Shown here: positions 31,601-41,288 of the stretch, piece by piece
Position numbering within the stretch: the stretch's first letter is position 1
How the letters are laid out: the number at the start of each line of letters is the position of its first letter
The notes under the pieces: model-generated
The model's input: the letters and a program-made list of their open reading frames with translations, nothing else
What the model was told of the DNA's origin: nothing
Database searches by the model: none
Translations under genes and position numbers: made by a program
Origin: an uncultured Gammaproteobacteria bacterium
GTDB taxonomy: Bacteria; Pseudomonadota; Gammaproteobacteria; UBA9214
Direction: 5' to 3'
DNA length: 64,000 nucleotides
NCBI GenBank assembly: GCA_963748215.1
Contig: CAVVHS010000006.1
Span: 800,001 to 864,000 of the forward strand

Positions 31601-34600
31601 GTTTCCAGGCAGCCGGAGAATGCAGAGAGGAAACCGGCAGCCCGAATTCGGCAACATCGGCGGCAGCATCGCCATGCCACCAGCCGGGATCAATACCTTC
31701 CACAAATTGAGCGCTCCAATCCTGGTAGCGCTCAGCGGCCAGCAACAGGCCTCCACCGGCGAGCAAGCGACGCACCCTCGTCAAAACCGCGTGTGGCTTA
31801 TCTGCGCGATGCAGGACATGTCGCAGGATCACCACGTCGTAGCACTTCGGCAACTGTTCATCACACTCCAGCTGCCACTCGACCATATCCAGCGTGGCAA
31901 CGTGAATATTGGTGTCATCCTGATACTCGGTCCGCTGCCGCTGGTACTGCGCCTCGTCGGCGGTCGCCAGCACATAGTCAAGCCGGTCACGCGGCAGCAT
32001 ATGTACCACCTCGCGGGGCAATTCGCTTGAGCCAAGGACGATTTCGAGTATCCGTAGGCGCCGATGCGCTGGCCAGTCAGCAGCCAGGTAACGGAGCGTT
32101 TTCTTGATGGCCTGCCGAATCCCGCTGTAGGCGGGATCGTCCTCGTACAGCATCTCCGCGGCCGGCGATTGTTGTAAAGTCCGAGAGAACTGCTCGTCGT
32201 CGATTTCCCCAAGTAGCAGATCCGGCAGGTGCCGACCCACTCGCCCGATCAGGGTCAACTGCGGCAGACAATCCGGCGCGTCACACAGCAAGGCCTGCCA
32301 GATCTCCTCAGCCCCAGGCAATTCGGTCTCGCCCGTCAGGCGTGGTGAGCCATTGTCGTCCACCAACCTCCCTTCCTTCTCCATCACGCCGCACAGCCAG
32401 CGTTTATAAGGCGAGCGCGATTGCGTGAAATCCTGCAGCACTCCTGAACCCCTGCGCTGCACCAAAGTCTCGAACGCCTCGTATATGAAGGAAAGCGTAA
32501 GCGCTTCAAACAAGGGGAGCGTTTCCTTAAACCAGCGCTCTCTGCGGGCGTCATCTTCCGCCGACGTTGCTCGCAGCATTTCCAGCAATGCCTGCTGGGA
32601 CGGCAGCTGAATTTGCTGAGTATCCGCTGCATGCGGCTCCAGCCAGGGGGATACCTGCCAGGACGCAACCTTGTTGTGCGCCTGTTGTTGTAAGGGTGCA
32701 GCACGGAACCGGCAGGCCGAGACTACGGCAACCAGTTCCCCTTCTGCATCAAACAGTTCGAAATCTGCGAGTACCGAGCGTGCACCGAACCGATTCACCC
32801 GAAGTCTAAATCCAACCACGTCGGCCTGTTGCAGCAACTCCAGACGTCCAGCCTTGACCGGCAACAGGGCAATTCCCTGCCCCCCTTCTATCTCCGGCTG
32901 GAAAAAATCGACCAACGATTGGTAACACACATCCAGCACTGCCGGGTGAAGCAGGTACCCCCCAGTCCCTTCGTGGCCAGATACAAAGGAAACCTCCGCC
33001 TCGAGGTTGCGGTCAGCCACCCGTGCCGATACCAGCCCCCTGAATGCATCGCCATAATCCAGCCCCAGGGTGGCTGCCAGACGATAGTGTGTATCGCCCT
33101 GGACGAGTCGTGCTGTGGCGGGAGGGGCTGATATGCGAGCGGTAGGCAGGCGATCACTCGTCTCGATTATCCGACCGGCGGCATGCAATCTCCAGGCGTC
33201 GTCGGACAAGCGCTGGCGGCTGGTGATCTGAAAACTCCCGTCGCGCTCGTTGACAATGAGGCGTAAAGTGCGCGCGTGATCCCCATCGAACACCATCGGT
33301 GCAACAATATCGAGTTCTTCAATTGCCAAATGTTGGCCACCCAGCCATTCACGCGCCGCAGCCAAGGCCATTTCGGCATAAGCTGCCCCGGGGAAAACGA
33401 TTGCACCACCAACCTTGTGATCGGCCAACCAGGGAAGAATTTCGGGGTCGAGCGTGTTTTCCCAACCCAGCGTCACACCATGCAGGCGCCATCCCAGCAG
33501 TGGATGCACGCGACGCCGCTGAATGACACCGACGCTCTCGGTTGTCGTGGGATGCCAAAAACGCTCCTTCTGCCATGGGTAATTCGGCAGGCGTACACGA
33601 CGCCCCCGAAAGGGAAAAAACACGTCGTAGTTTGGCTGATCACTGAGCAGCTGGATACGTAGAGCCGCCTCTCGAATCCGATCAGGTCCATCGTCATCAC
33701 GCCGCAGCGTGGCCAGTATACGTGCCTCGGATCCTGCATCAGCAACGCACTCGGACATGTAACGCTGAAGAATCGCGTGTGGCCCGATTTCCACAAATGT
33801 ACGGCAGCCAAGTTGCTGGAGACGCGCCATTGCATCGGCGAAAAGGACCGGCTGGCGCACATTGTCCCACCAATATTCCGCGCCCAGTGATTCGCCCTCT
33901 ATAACATCCCCGTTGACTGTCGATACAAAGTACACCGACTTCGTCGGTCCGGGCGCCAGGCCCTGCAGACTCTCTATCAGGCGAGGCTGGATTACATCCA
34001 TCTGCCGGCTGTGGAATGCGTAGTCAAGATCCAACAGAGTGAAGAATACGTCCTCCGGCGCCAGATGCCGCTCGATCCGCTGCAGACACTCCAGACTGCC
34101 AGCCACAGTAATGTTATTTGGGCTGTTGACTCCTGCAATCTCTACATCCAGGTCGTCACCCAGCTGCGAAATCAGTTCGCGCATTGCAGCCTCAGACATA
34201 CCGACCGCCGCCATGCGTCCGGCACCACGGGTCTCACCTTGGGCCTTGCTGCGCGCACAGATTACGCGAATCGCTTGTGTGAGATCGAAGACGCCTGCAG
34301 CCCAGGCCGCCGTCACCTCGCCGACACTATGCCCGACGACCGCTACCGGTTCACAACCCTGGTCTTTGAGCAGCAGCGTAACCGCCACCTGGACGGCGAA
34401 CAACAGCGGTTGCGCCACCATCGTGTCATTCAGGCGCGCTTCGTCCGCTACAGCCTGAAGTTCCGCAATCACCGAGAAGCCGGCGATCGAGGCGACCGCT
34501 TCATCGATCCCGTTAATGATCTCGCCGAAACGCGGACTCTCCGCCAACAATACGCGTCCCATGCCAAGCCACTGGGAACCATTACCCGAATACACGAATG

Positions 34601-36290
34601 CAGTACCGCCCTGCTGCGCAAGGCGGTCTTCGGTTACCACGCCGCCCGGCATGTTGCCATTGGCAAAATCTTCAAGCAGTTGCGTAACCTCGGCGGGGGT
34701 TGGCGCCACAAGTGCCAGGCGATTCTCCAGGCGCTCGCGGTGAAATACGGCGGCATAAGCGATATCATAAAACTCTCTTGCAGATGCCTCACGCAACAAA
34801 CCAGCATACTGGCCAGCCATAGCTCTCAGCGCGCTACCGGAGCGTGCCGACAAGAACAGCGGCGGTGGGGACAGTTTCTCCGGCACAACTTCATCCCCGA
34901 CATCCACTGCCGGCTGGGCTTGAACCAGGATGTGTGCGTTGGCACCGCCGAAGCCAAAGGAGTTGACCCCCCCCACCAACGGCCTCGCATCGTCTCTCTC
35001 GAGCGAGTGGTAGCTGGTAACCAATTCGAGATTCAGCCCCTTGAAATCGATATGTGGATTTGGATCTTTCAGGTGCAGGGAAGGTGGCAGGGCACGGTTT
35101 TTCAACACCAACAAGGTCTTAACCAAACCGGCCATACCTGACGCCGGCTCCAGATGCCCAAGGTTGGCCTTGACCGAGCTGATCGGCAGTGGCTTGTTCC
35201 GCTCGGTACCATAGACCTCGCCGATTGCCGCAGTCTCGATTGGATCTCCCACCGCAGTACCGGTACCATGCGCTTCGACAAAATCGATGTCAGCGGCATC
35301 CAGACCACTGCGCGCGAGCACCTTGCTCATCAACTCCGCCTGGCCTTCGGAGCTGGGGATGGTAATGCTGGTTTTCCGCCCACCGTCCGTATTGACACCA
35401 CTGGCAAGTATCAAACCCTGCACCGCATCCCCGTCCTCCAGCGCCTTGCTCAAAGGTTTGAGCAATAGCACGGCACCACCCTCGGCTCGAACATAACCAT
35501 CACCAGAGGCATCGAAGGCCTTGCAGCGTCCGTCAGCCGATAACATCGATGCCTTGGTGAATCCGACAAAGGGATAAGGGTTCAACAATAAATTTACGCC
35601 CCCGGCGATCGCCATCGCGGACTCCCCGCTGCGCAGGCAATTGCAGGCGTGATGCAATGCCACCAAAGACGATGAGCAAGCCGTATCGACGGCCAGTGAG
35701 GGCCCTCTCAGGTCGTATACATAGGAAAGTCGGTTTGCCGCAATGCTCAGGGTATTACCGGTCATCAGGTGCGACGAAAAACCGGCGAAGTCATCAAGCC
35801 CCCGAGTGCCGTAATCGAGCCCGGAAATACCAATATAGACCGCGCAGTCCGAGCCTGCCAGGGAGGAAGGTGGTCTTCCCGCGTTTTCCATCGCCTCCCA
35901 GGACAACTCGAGCAACAGCCTTTGTTGGGGGTCCAGCCAAGCAGCCTCACGAGGGGATATGCTGAAAAAGGCTGCATCAAATTCATCGATTCGCGAAAGC
36001 ACTCCGGCAGAGAAGGTAATGCTGCATCCAGGTTCGCTCCGCTTTGGATGTTCGAACTCATCTACCGCCCAGCGATCATCAGGGATACGCTTGACCAGGT
36101 CTTCGCCATCCACCAGCGCCTGCCAAAACTGGTCTTCATCGCTGATGTCACCCGGAAAACGGAAGGCCAGCCCAACAATAGCTATTGGATCGCTGGATAA
36201 AAAAGGAGTGTTGGCTTCGACTTGACTGTCTGAACGTTCCTGAGTCTGCTTATCCGCAGCTACCTGTCTGCCATGCAATCGATCTCGCAT
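28650..36290 (-). CDS. Type I polyketide synthase KS-AT-DH-(pseudo MT)-ER-KR-ACP, WcbR/RkpA-like
   Basis: DTACSS (KS), GHSVG/YAFHS (AT), HKVGGAIVFP (DH), degenerate LEIVLGSS (MT), HGAAGGVG (ER), GGLAGFG/YVAAN (KR), GMDSL (ACP). Start at 36290 or 36311. Confidence 0.93.
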   Translation of the reverse strand: MRDRLHGRQVAADKQTQERSDSQVEANTPFLSSDPIAIVGLAFRFPGDISDEDQFWQALVDGEDLVKRIPDDRWAVDEFEHPKRSEPGCSITFSAGVLSRIDEFDAAFFSISPREAAWLDPQQRLLLELSWEAMENAGRPPSSLAGSDCAVYIGISGLDYGTRGLDDFAGFSSHLMTGNTLSIAANRLSYVYDLRGPSLAVDTACSSSLVALHHACNCLRSGESAMAIAGGVNLLLNPYPFVGFTKASMLSADGRCKAFDASGDGYVRAEGGAVLLLKPLSKALEDGDAVQGLILASGVNTDGGRKTSITIPSSEGQAELMSKVLARSGLDAADIDFVEAHGTGTAVGDPIETAAIGEVYGTERNKPLPISSVKANLGHLEPASGMAGLVKTLLVLKNRALPPSLHLKDPNPHIDFKGLNLELVTSYHSLERDDARPLVGGVNSFGFGGANAHILVQAQPAVDVGDEVVPEKLSPPPLFLSARSGSALRAMAGQYAGLLREASAREFYDIAYAAVFHRERLENRLALVAPTPAEVTQLLEDFANGNMPGGVVTEDRLAQQGGTAFVYSGNGSQWLGMGRVLLAESPRFGEIINGIDEAVASIAGFSVIAELQAVADEARLNDTMVAQPLLFAVQVAVTLLLKDQGCEPVAVVGHSVGEVTAAWAAGVFDLTQAIRVICARSKAQGETRGAGRMAAVGMSEAAMRELISQLGDDLDVEIAGVNSPNNITVAGSLECLQRIERHLAPEDVFFTLLDLDYAFHSRQMDVIQPRLIESLQGLAPGPTKSVYFVSTVNGDVIEGESLGAEYWWDNVRQPVLFADAMARLQQLGCRTFVEIGPHAILQRYMSECVADAGSEARILATLRRDDDGPDRIREAALRIQLLSDQPNYDVFFPFRGRRVRLPNYPWQKERFWHPTTTESVGVIQRRRVHPLLGWRLHGVTLGWENTLDPEILPWLADHKVGGAIVFPGAAYAEMALAAAREWLGGQHLAIEELDIVAPMVFDGDHARTLRLIVNERDGSFQITSRQRLSDDAWRLHAAGRIIETSDRLPTARISAPPATARLVQGDTHYRLAATLGLDYGDAFRGLVSARVADRNLEAEVSFVSGHEGTGGYLLHPAVLDVCYQSLVDFFQPEIEGGQGIALLPVKAGRLELLQQADVVGFRLRVNRFGARSVLADFELFDAEGELVAVVSACRFRAAPLQQQAHNKVASWQVSPWLEPHAADTQQIQLPSQQALLEMLRATSAEDDARRERWFKETLPLFEALTLSFIYEAFETLVQRRGSGVLQDFTQSRSPYKRWLCGVMEKEGRLVDDNGSPRLTGETELPGAEEIWQALLCDAPDCLPQLTLIGRVGRHLPDLLLGEIDDEQFSRTLQQSPAAEMLYEDDPAYSGIRQAIKKTLRYLAADWPAHRRLRILEIVLGSSELPREVVHMLPRDRLDYVLATADEAQYQRQRTEYQDDTNIHVATLDMVEWQLECDEQLPKCYDVVILRHVLHRADKPHAVLTRVRRLLAGGGLLLAAERYQDWSAQFVEGIDPGWWHGDAAADVAEFGLPVSSLHSPAAWKQALQEEGFEDIGNFSEPASEGLAEGAYLLLARCPEDEVTALPDTDMAKWVLLTDEAASRMAEHVGIQLESQGQEVIVTDTGQAVPVEDIDHVVLMIGWGRGAEAAPTILSDTLAIVQRLLTEPDNLPRLWVVTHGGALGTGLPAEQAGNPVQSALWGFGRVVMNEYPALECTLIDLACDPNAADVPRRIQNELLRPDGVNEVVLGKHARYSLSLHESAVPAGQTAEDKTRFRLDFKVPGQLRNLLWLPSQERALDEYEVEVRAMATGLNFRDVMYLMGLLPDEAVENGFAGANLGLEFAGVVSRIGARVQEFQPGDPVMGFGASCFSSHVVTRADALASMPAEWEFEAAATVPTVFFTVFYALKHLADLQPGERVLIHGAAGGVGIAAIQLARHLGAEVFATAGNDEKRDFVHLLGADHVLDSRSLAFADDILAITDDEGVDVVLNSLAGEAIRRNLRVLKPFGRFLELGKRDFIENTPIGLRPFKDNISYFGIDADQLLTGRPQLAARLFREVMALFREGALAPLPYRVFSAERVVDAFRFMQQARHIGKVVVSLADARPALQESLIEAAETSFEKDSTWLISGGLAGFGLQSARWLAAQGVGNLVLLGRRGIYTPGAGEAIEELEAQGVRVEAMACDITDAKELKVVIKHVRDSMPPLTGVLHAAMVIDDRLIANLDADSMVAVLQPKLVGAWNLHKLTLDIPLDYFVMYSSITTSIGNPGQGNYVAANAGLEGLAKLRRHMGLPAVSIGWGPIGDTGYLTRNAAVMGSLEQRLGKAPLAADEALAELGSVLARNEGVVSLANFDWNTLSRLLPSSSSARFAMLNRTLKGKGQIEDSIDFKALIAGKSVEEVTGLVSDLVVQEIAQTLCIGADRVDVNRSLHDFGMDSLMAVELALGLEQRFGIQLPAMMLNDSPSAARVTTRIVEKLLGAEKIAQDVVNAADMVEGMLRQHGEAAMSQEEVESLVEDAEALARKGASLII

Positions 36291-36609
36291 CCCTGCCCCT
36301 TTCAACAGCAACTCTCGTAAAGTTTCATGAAGGATGTATTAACGAAGTCTAAAGTTCAACAACGTATACAGGAAAAAGACGGCCAGTAACATGGAATTAC
36401 ACTCAGCAAATTCGGATTAATAGATTTGTACTATTTTTGGCTTTAAACGAAGAAAAGTCGGTATAGGTTGGAACCCTTGTATCTGACTATCCAGGATTTG
36501 TCGATCCCAGACAGCCAAGAATAGGAATTCAAGAGAGTGGTCGTCTATGGGACTGTTGAGACTTCATGGGGTAAGGGGCCCATTAGCGCCCCTGTAACAT
36601 ATTGATATT

Positions 36610-36725
36610 TGGCGCGCCCGAAGAGATTACTCGGGGCTGCGCCCCTCGCCCCTGCGGAGCGCCGGCAGAGCCGGCGTTCTTCGCCGCTGCGCGGCTTGTC
36701 GAACGCCCGACCGCCTGGTTCGTAG
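36610..36725 (-). other. att-like site: tRNA-Arg(ACG) 3' half with 71-bp T-loop insert
   Basis: TGGCGCGCCCGAAGAGATT | 36629-36699 | CGAACGCCCGACCGCCTGGTTCGTAG (anticodon loop CTACGAA on minus). IHF-like TAACATATTGATA immediately to the left. Confidence 0.8.
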
Positions 36726-36846
36726 TTATCGCCAGGGGGCGTAACCATTTGTATTTTAAGCAACTCAGGCGTGGTCGCCCGTTGCATTCTGTACTACCAC
36801 GCACCACTGCGCTGGACTGATCCCGGCAAAAGTCCGGCAGGGTATG

Positions 36847-37852
36847 GGTATAGGAAGCATAACCCACGTATCTCGCGAGAATCCACCCGGGAACCGGCCG
36901 CAGCCCACCTTGCCCGCCTCCCTCCCGGGCCGGCAGCCTGGCCATGTGAATCCATGAATACCTGCTTGCGCCTCGTCACACCCATCCGTCCGGCAGCGCA
37001 CGCGGTGCCGGTAGCCGCAAACCCTCACGGACCGGCGCCGCTTGCTCCAGATGCGCCAGAATCTTGCCGATCACCGCCGGGTCCTCGATGCTGGCGATGA
37101 TCTTCACCGCACCGCCGCAGGCCTGACAGGTCTCAACATCGACAAGGTGAATGATGCGCAGCATCAAGAGAGGGTGCCCTGGGGCATCCGGAATACGCGC
37201 TTGAAGCCCTGTGCCCAGGTCATCGCAGACCGGCGGGCCGCCGGCGTGTCCTCCTCTACCTCATCCGATGCCTTGCGGTTGGCACCCCGGCCCCGACCCG
37301 CCTTCGTGACCCAGGCCCGGTGTGGACTGTTCGGTGCGAACACCCCGTGGTAGCGGGTCAGATTCACCCGTGGCCGCGGCACCAGCGCCGCCAGGCGGGC
37401 CATGAAATCCAGCGGCTCGACAAAATCGCCGGGAGCGATTTTGAACAGCCGAAGGCTGGCCCGAAGGGCGGAGGGCAGGATGCCCGGAGTAACATGACGT
37501 GCGTGGTGCCGTCCCGGTAAGGCGTCTTGAGCTGGTAGCGCACAGTTCCCGAAGGCGTCAGTGACAGGCGCGGTTCGGCAATCGCCGGCCGGGTTACATA
37601 GCGGCACAAACGCTCCAGCTTCTGCCGCTCGCCGCGGGCGGTGGCCACCCCGGCATACAGCGAGAAACCGGCCACTTTCGCTACCCGGGCACTGGACTCT
37701 TCCAGGCTGCCCGCCGCCGGCAGGCTCTGCAGGCAGAAGGCCTTGCGCCCCTGCTGTGGCCCCACGGCAATACGGTAGGTAATCGAACTGCCCAGCACAC
37801 CTTCCAGGCCGGTCTCGCCCGCCGGCTCCAGCGCAAGATAACTGGAATTTTC
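36847..37852 (-). mobile_element. IS91/ISCR remnant D with two small internal insertions
   Basis: GFSLYAGV..KLERLCRYVTRPAIA..LKTPYRDGTTHV..EPLDFMARLAALVPRPRVNLTRYHGVFAPN; oriIS-like GGGTTATGCTTCCTATACCC. Confidence 0.9.
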
Positions 37853-37979
37853 ACCAGCAAGCTGGGCCCGATAGTTGAGCCATCTGCGCCAGTCGCTCCG
37901 CCATTCATTACAAATTTGTTATTCAGAAACCTGGGGAAATCATATTTAGTCTTTCCTGCGGACAAGTCCTATGCGCAGC

Positions 37980-39554
37980 TCAGCGCCCACGCGCCCTTCG
38001 TAGGGCAGTCGCAAGCCTCCAAGGGAACGACGAGAGAATTTCTGCGAGCTGATTATTTACCAACGTTAATTCTTCGTCTCGCTCGCTCACCACTTTCTCT
38101 AATGCTCCGCATCTTTCTTTCCATTGTGTGACTTCAATCTGGAGTCGCATCATTTCTTTTTTAGCCGCTCGGGACTCGTGCGTTAGAATTTCTTCTTCGG
38201 CTTTCGCATCTGCGGATTTGATGGAGAACCTATCCCTGATGAGCCGCTCTTTTTCGCTTAACACTTTTTGTAAAAGTTTCGCATTCTCACGCTCGCCTGC
38301 TAACCAGTCTGCCAACGCTCTGTCCAACGACGCCTCTGCTTTTGTTCGCTGTCCCCGCCGCCGCAATACTTTTGCATACTCTAATCGTGCCAGAATGTGA
38401 GTCGGATGCAGTCCTACTATTTGGCCTAACAACTCTTGGGCCCGCTTCAACTCCCCTTCCCGAGCATAAACCCCTGCGAGCTTCAACACCGCGGACTCAT
38501 CATCTGGTGCCCGCTGCACTACAAACTTCAGCATTTGTTTCAGTCGTTTGTTATCATGCCATTGATCTGTCTGCATTTCCGTGCTCAGGAACTCGATAGC
38601 ATCCTCATTCCTGTTCGTGAGGATGAGGCTGATTAAATAAATGAATGCCGCCGGGATTGTGGGATTCCACGGCGTGTTAACTGGCCTAACGGCTTCTCGA
38701 AACTCGGCAAAGATCATCTTGTATTGAGAGCTATCGAGAGCTTCCGTTCCTCTCAACCAGAACTGCGTAATATCGTACCTCCACCAATTGCGGATTATCC
38801 ATTCTGCTGCCTCTTCCAAACCTTCAGCACGGAGCAGATCAATTACTCGCTTCTTCGCTCTTATAGAGTCAATCGCTATTTTCGCTGACACCTGTCGCCG
38901 CGTCATCGAACCAGTCGACTGCCGATAATGATAAACTACGTCAGGAATAAGAGTTACACGGCTAGCACAAACCAGGCATTGCGCCAGCATCACGAGATCC
39001 CCGCCCATAACCAGGTCTGCCGGGTATCGGATCCCTTGTTTATCTAGAAAGCACCGCTTATATAGATAAGAGCAGTGACTTCCAGGGATGCGCCTCAGCA
39101 AATCCGACTCATATATGTTTGTATTACGAATCGGCATATTGACGCACAAGCCCGAAGTCTTTCTGACTTTGCCGTCCTCCTGCATCATGGCGACACACCC
39201 TTTCACCATCTCGCTGCCATTATTGGAGGCCTCTGCATAAAGAACCGCTAAGGCATATTCCGGTATTGCGTCATCTGCATCTAGATAAAACAAGTACTCT
39301 CCCCGTGCCGCTTCAATACCTCCATTTCTAGCCACACCCTCGCCATGATTAACATCATTTTCAAGGATACGTATCCTGTCATCCGCTCTTGCATGCTTTC
39401 GGAGCACTTGAGAAGTCCCATCCGTCGAACCATCGTCAACGCAAATGATCTCGATCTCGCTCAGCGTCTGCTGCCTCGCCGACTTCAAACATGCACCCAC
39501 ATACCGCTCTACATTAAATGCCGGTATGATTATAGAAATCTTTGGAGTTAACAT
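37980..39554 (-). CDS. GT2 glycosyltransferase with TPR-like and C-terminal coiled-coil regions
   Basis: ISIIIPAFNVE, CVDDGSTD, YLDADD; C-terminal ILSSFPWRLATALR. Confidence 0.88.
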   Translation of the reverse strand: MLTPKISIIIPAFNVERYVGACLKSARQQTLSEIEIICVDDGSTDGTSQVLRKHARADDRIRILENDVNHGEGVARNGGIEAARGEYLFYLDADDAIPEYALAVLYAEASNNGSEMVKGCVAMMQEDGKVRKTSGLCVNMPIRNTNIYESDLLRRIPGSHCSYLYKRCFLDKQGIRYPADLVMGGDLVMLAQCLVCASRVTLIPDVVYHYRQSTGSMTRRQVSAKIAIDSIRAKKRVIDLLRAEGLEEAAEWIIRNWWRYDITQFWLRGTEALDSSQYKMIFAEFREAVRPVNTPWNPTIPAAFIYLISLILTNRNEDAIEFLSTEMQTDQWHDNKRLKQMLKFVVQRAPDDESAVLKLAGVYAREGELKRAQELLGQIVGLHPTHILARLEYAKVLRRRGQRTKAEASLDRALADWLAGERENAKLLQKVLSEKERLIRDRFSIKSADAKAEEEILTHESRAAKKEMMRLQIEVTQWKERCGALEKVVSERDEELTLVNNQLAEILSSFPWRLATALRRARGR

Positions 39555-39761
39555 TTTTTTCCTCTTAATCCTGTACCGGTTTTCCAGCCATGCCATTTGC
39601 ACTACTGCTGAACATCGAACGCCAAGGCGTACTGATCATAGAGAGGATATTGCTACTGCGGCAGACACTACACGCAGCATAATCTACCCTTGGGCAACTA
39701 TGACTCGCAGGGCGCGCCGCCTTCCCAGCACCAGAGCGGCACAATTCGCACTACAAATTAT

Positions 39762-41056
39762 TGAACCGTAAAAGTTATTTCGAAAACTCTTCAGTTTGAG
39801 TCAAGCTACGACGGCCGACTCTTACCGTTACTGATAACAAGCCTGTTCTTTCTTTGCCGGCGGGACGTCGCAGATCGGCTCCAGCAGCCGGCGGTGATTG
39901 AACCAGTCCACCCATTTCAGAGTAGCGTACTCGACCCCATCGATGTTGCGCCAAGCCCCCCACCGGCGGATATCCCCGGTTTTGAACAGGCTGATAATTG
40001 TCTCTACCTGGGCACTATCATACAAATCGCCGACACTGCGGACCGACGACTCGACACCGGCTCCGGCGAAGTGCTCGGTATAGTGGATCGACAGATAGTG
40101 AGCACCCCGGTCGCTGTGATGCACCATGCCCCCCGTCCATGTCCTTGACCACAGCGCCTGTTCAAGTGCATCCAGCACCAGGTCCGTACACATTGAACTC
40201 GCCACCCCCTAACCGACAATGCGACGGGCGAAGACATCGATGACGAAGACTACGCCCACCCAGGTGGCAACGTAGGCAAAGTCCGCCACCCACAACGAGT
40301 TGGGATACGTCGCCGTGATCCACCGCTGCACGAGATCAGCCGGTCGATCGGCCGCATTGTCGGCTTGTATCGTCCGCCATGCCTTACCATGTACCGCGCC
40401 ATGCAGACACAACTTGCTTATCAGGCACTCCACCGTGCAGGAGGTCACCGGTATCTATTCACGGCTCAACAGCCGCCAGACCTCAGGCACCGTAGACCTA
40501 GAAGTTATCAGCCCATACGCGCCGAATCTCGGGCTTAAGCGTCATATCGGGCTGTGCACGCGGTGGCAGCCGTTCAGGATTGGACTCGCGGTGATTGCAC
40601 TCGTAATACGTCGAGGAGGCAATCGGCAACTACGCGCAAATCAACTTGACCCCATACTCGGATCAGTGCACATCGATAAACGACTTCATCACATCAGTCG
40701 CCGACCGAGATCCGCCCGGGCGAAAAAGCCGACGCCTTCGCAGATTCTCGTTGGCACGATTCAGCTCACTGTTCTCCCGCTCCAGCGCCTCGAGCCGCTC
40801 GCGATCAGACGTGGTCAGACCTTCACGCTTCCCTGATCCCGCCCGGCTTACCGCACCCTAATACGCAACGTCTCGGCCGTGCAACCCGCTTATCCGGCAA
40901 TCGAGTTCAACGCCGCTTACTGCGAGTCGTATTCAGCCCGGTGCCCGAAAACCAGCCATACCGCCAGTTCCCGTACTTACGACGAATAACTTGCTGACTT
41001 GCTCACGACTCCATCCTTTCAAGAAATTAAGCCTCCGGTAAAGCCGGGGCGATTCA
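39762..41056 (-). mobile_element. Degenerate IS3-family element (IS51/IS629-like)
   Basis: TGAATCGCCCCGG end; LWVADFAYV, IDVFARRIVG and HHSDRG in broken frames. Confidence 0.85.
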
Positions 41057-41288
41057 CCTCGCACTCTGGAGTTAAGTCTTTGCGGACATTTTGCTTCACC
41101 GCCGCAGTGTGAGCTGACTGAAAACCAGCGGCGACTGTTCAATGACCGGCCTTTGACATAGACAACTAACCAGTCCGGATTTTACTTATGCTTTATAGAC
41201 CAAGCATTTGTAATACGAGCCCAATGCAATAGGACGAACAGGAACAATTGCATATACTTCTCACACTTGGCTAACCGTTCTGCATTGG

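Noticed and set aside
30087-35141. Long plus-strand ORFs opposite the PKS
   Set aside because: Typical antisense shadows of a GC-rich gene.
36062-36069. ops/JUMPstart (GGCGGTAG) for the capsule operon
   Set aside because: Lies inside PKS coding sequence, lacks the downstream TG, and an 8-mer is expected by chance.
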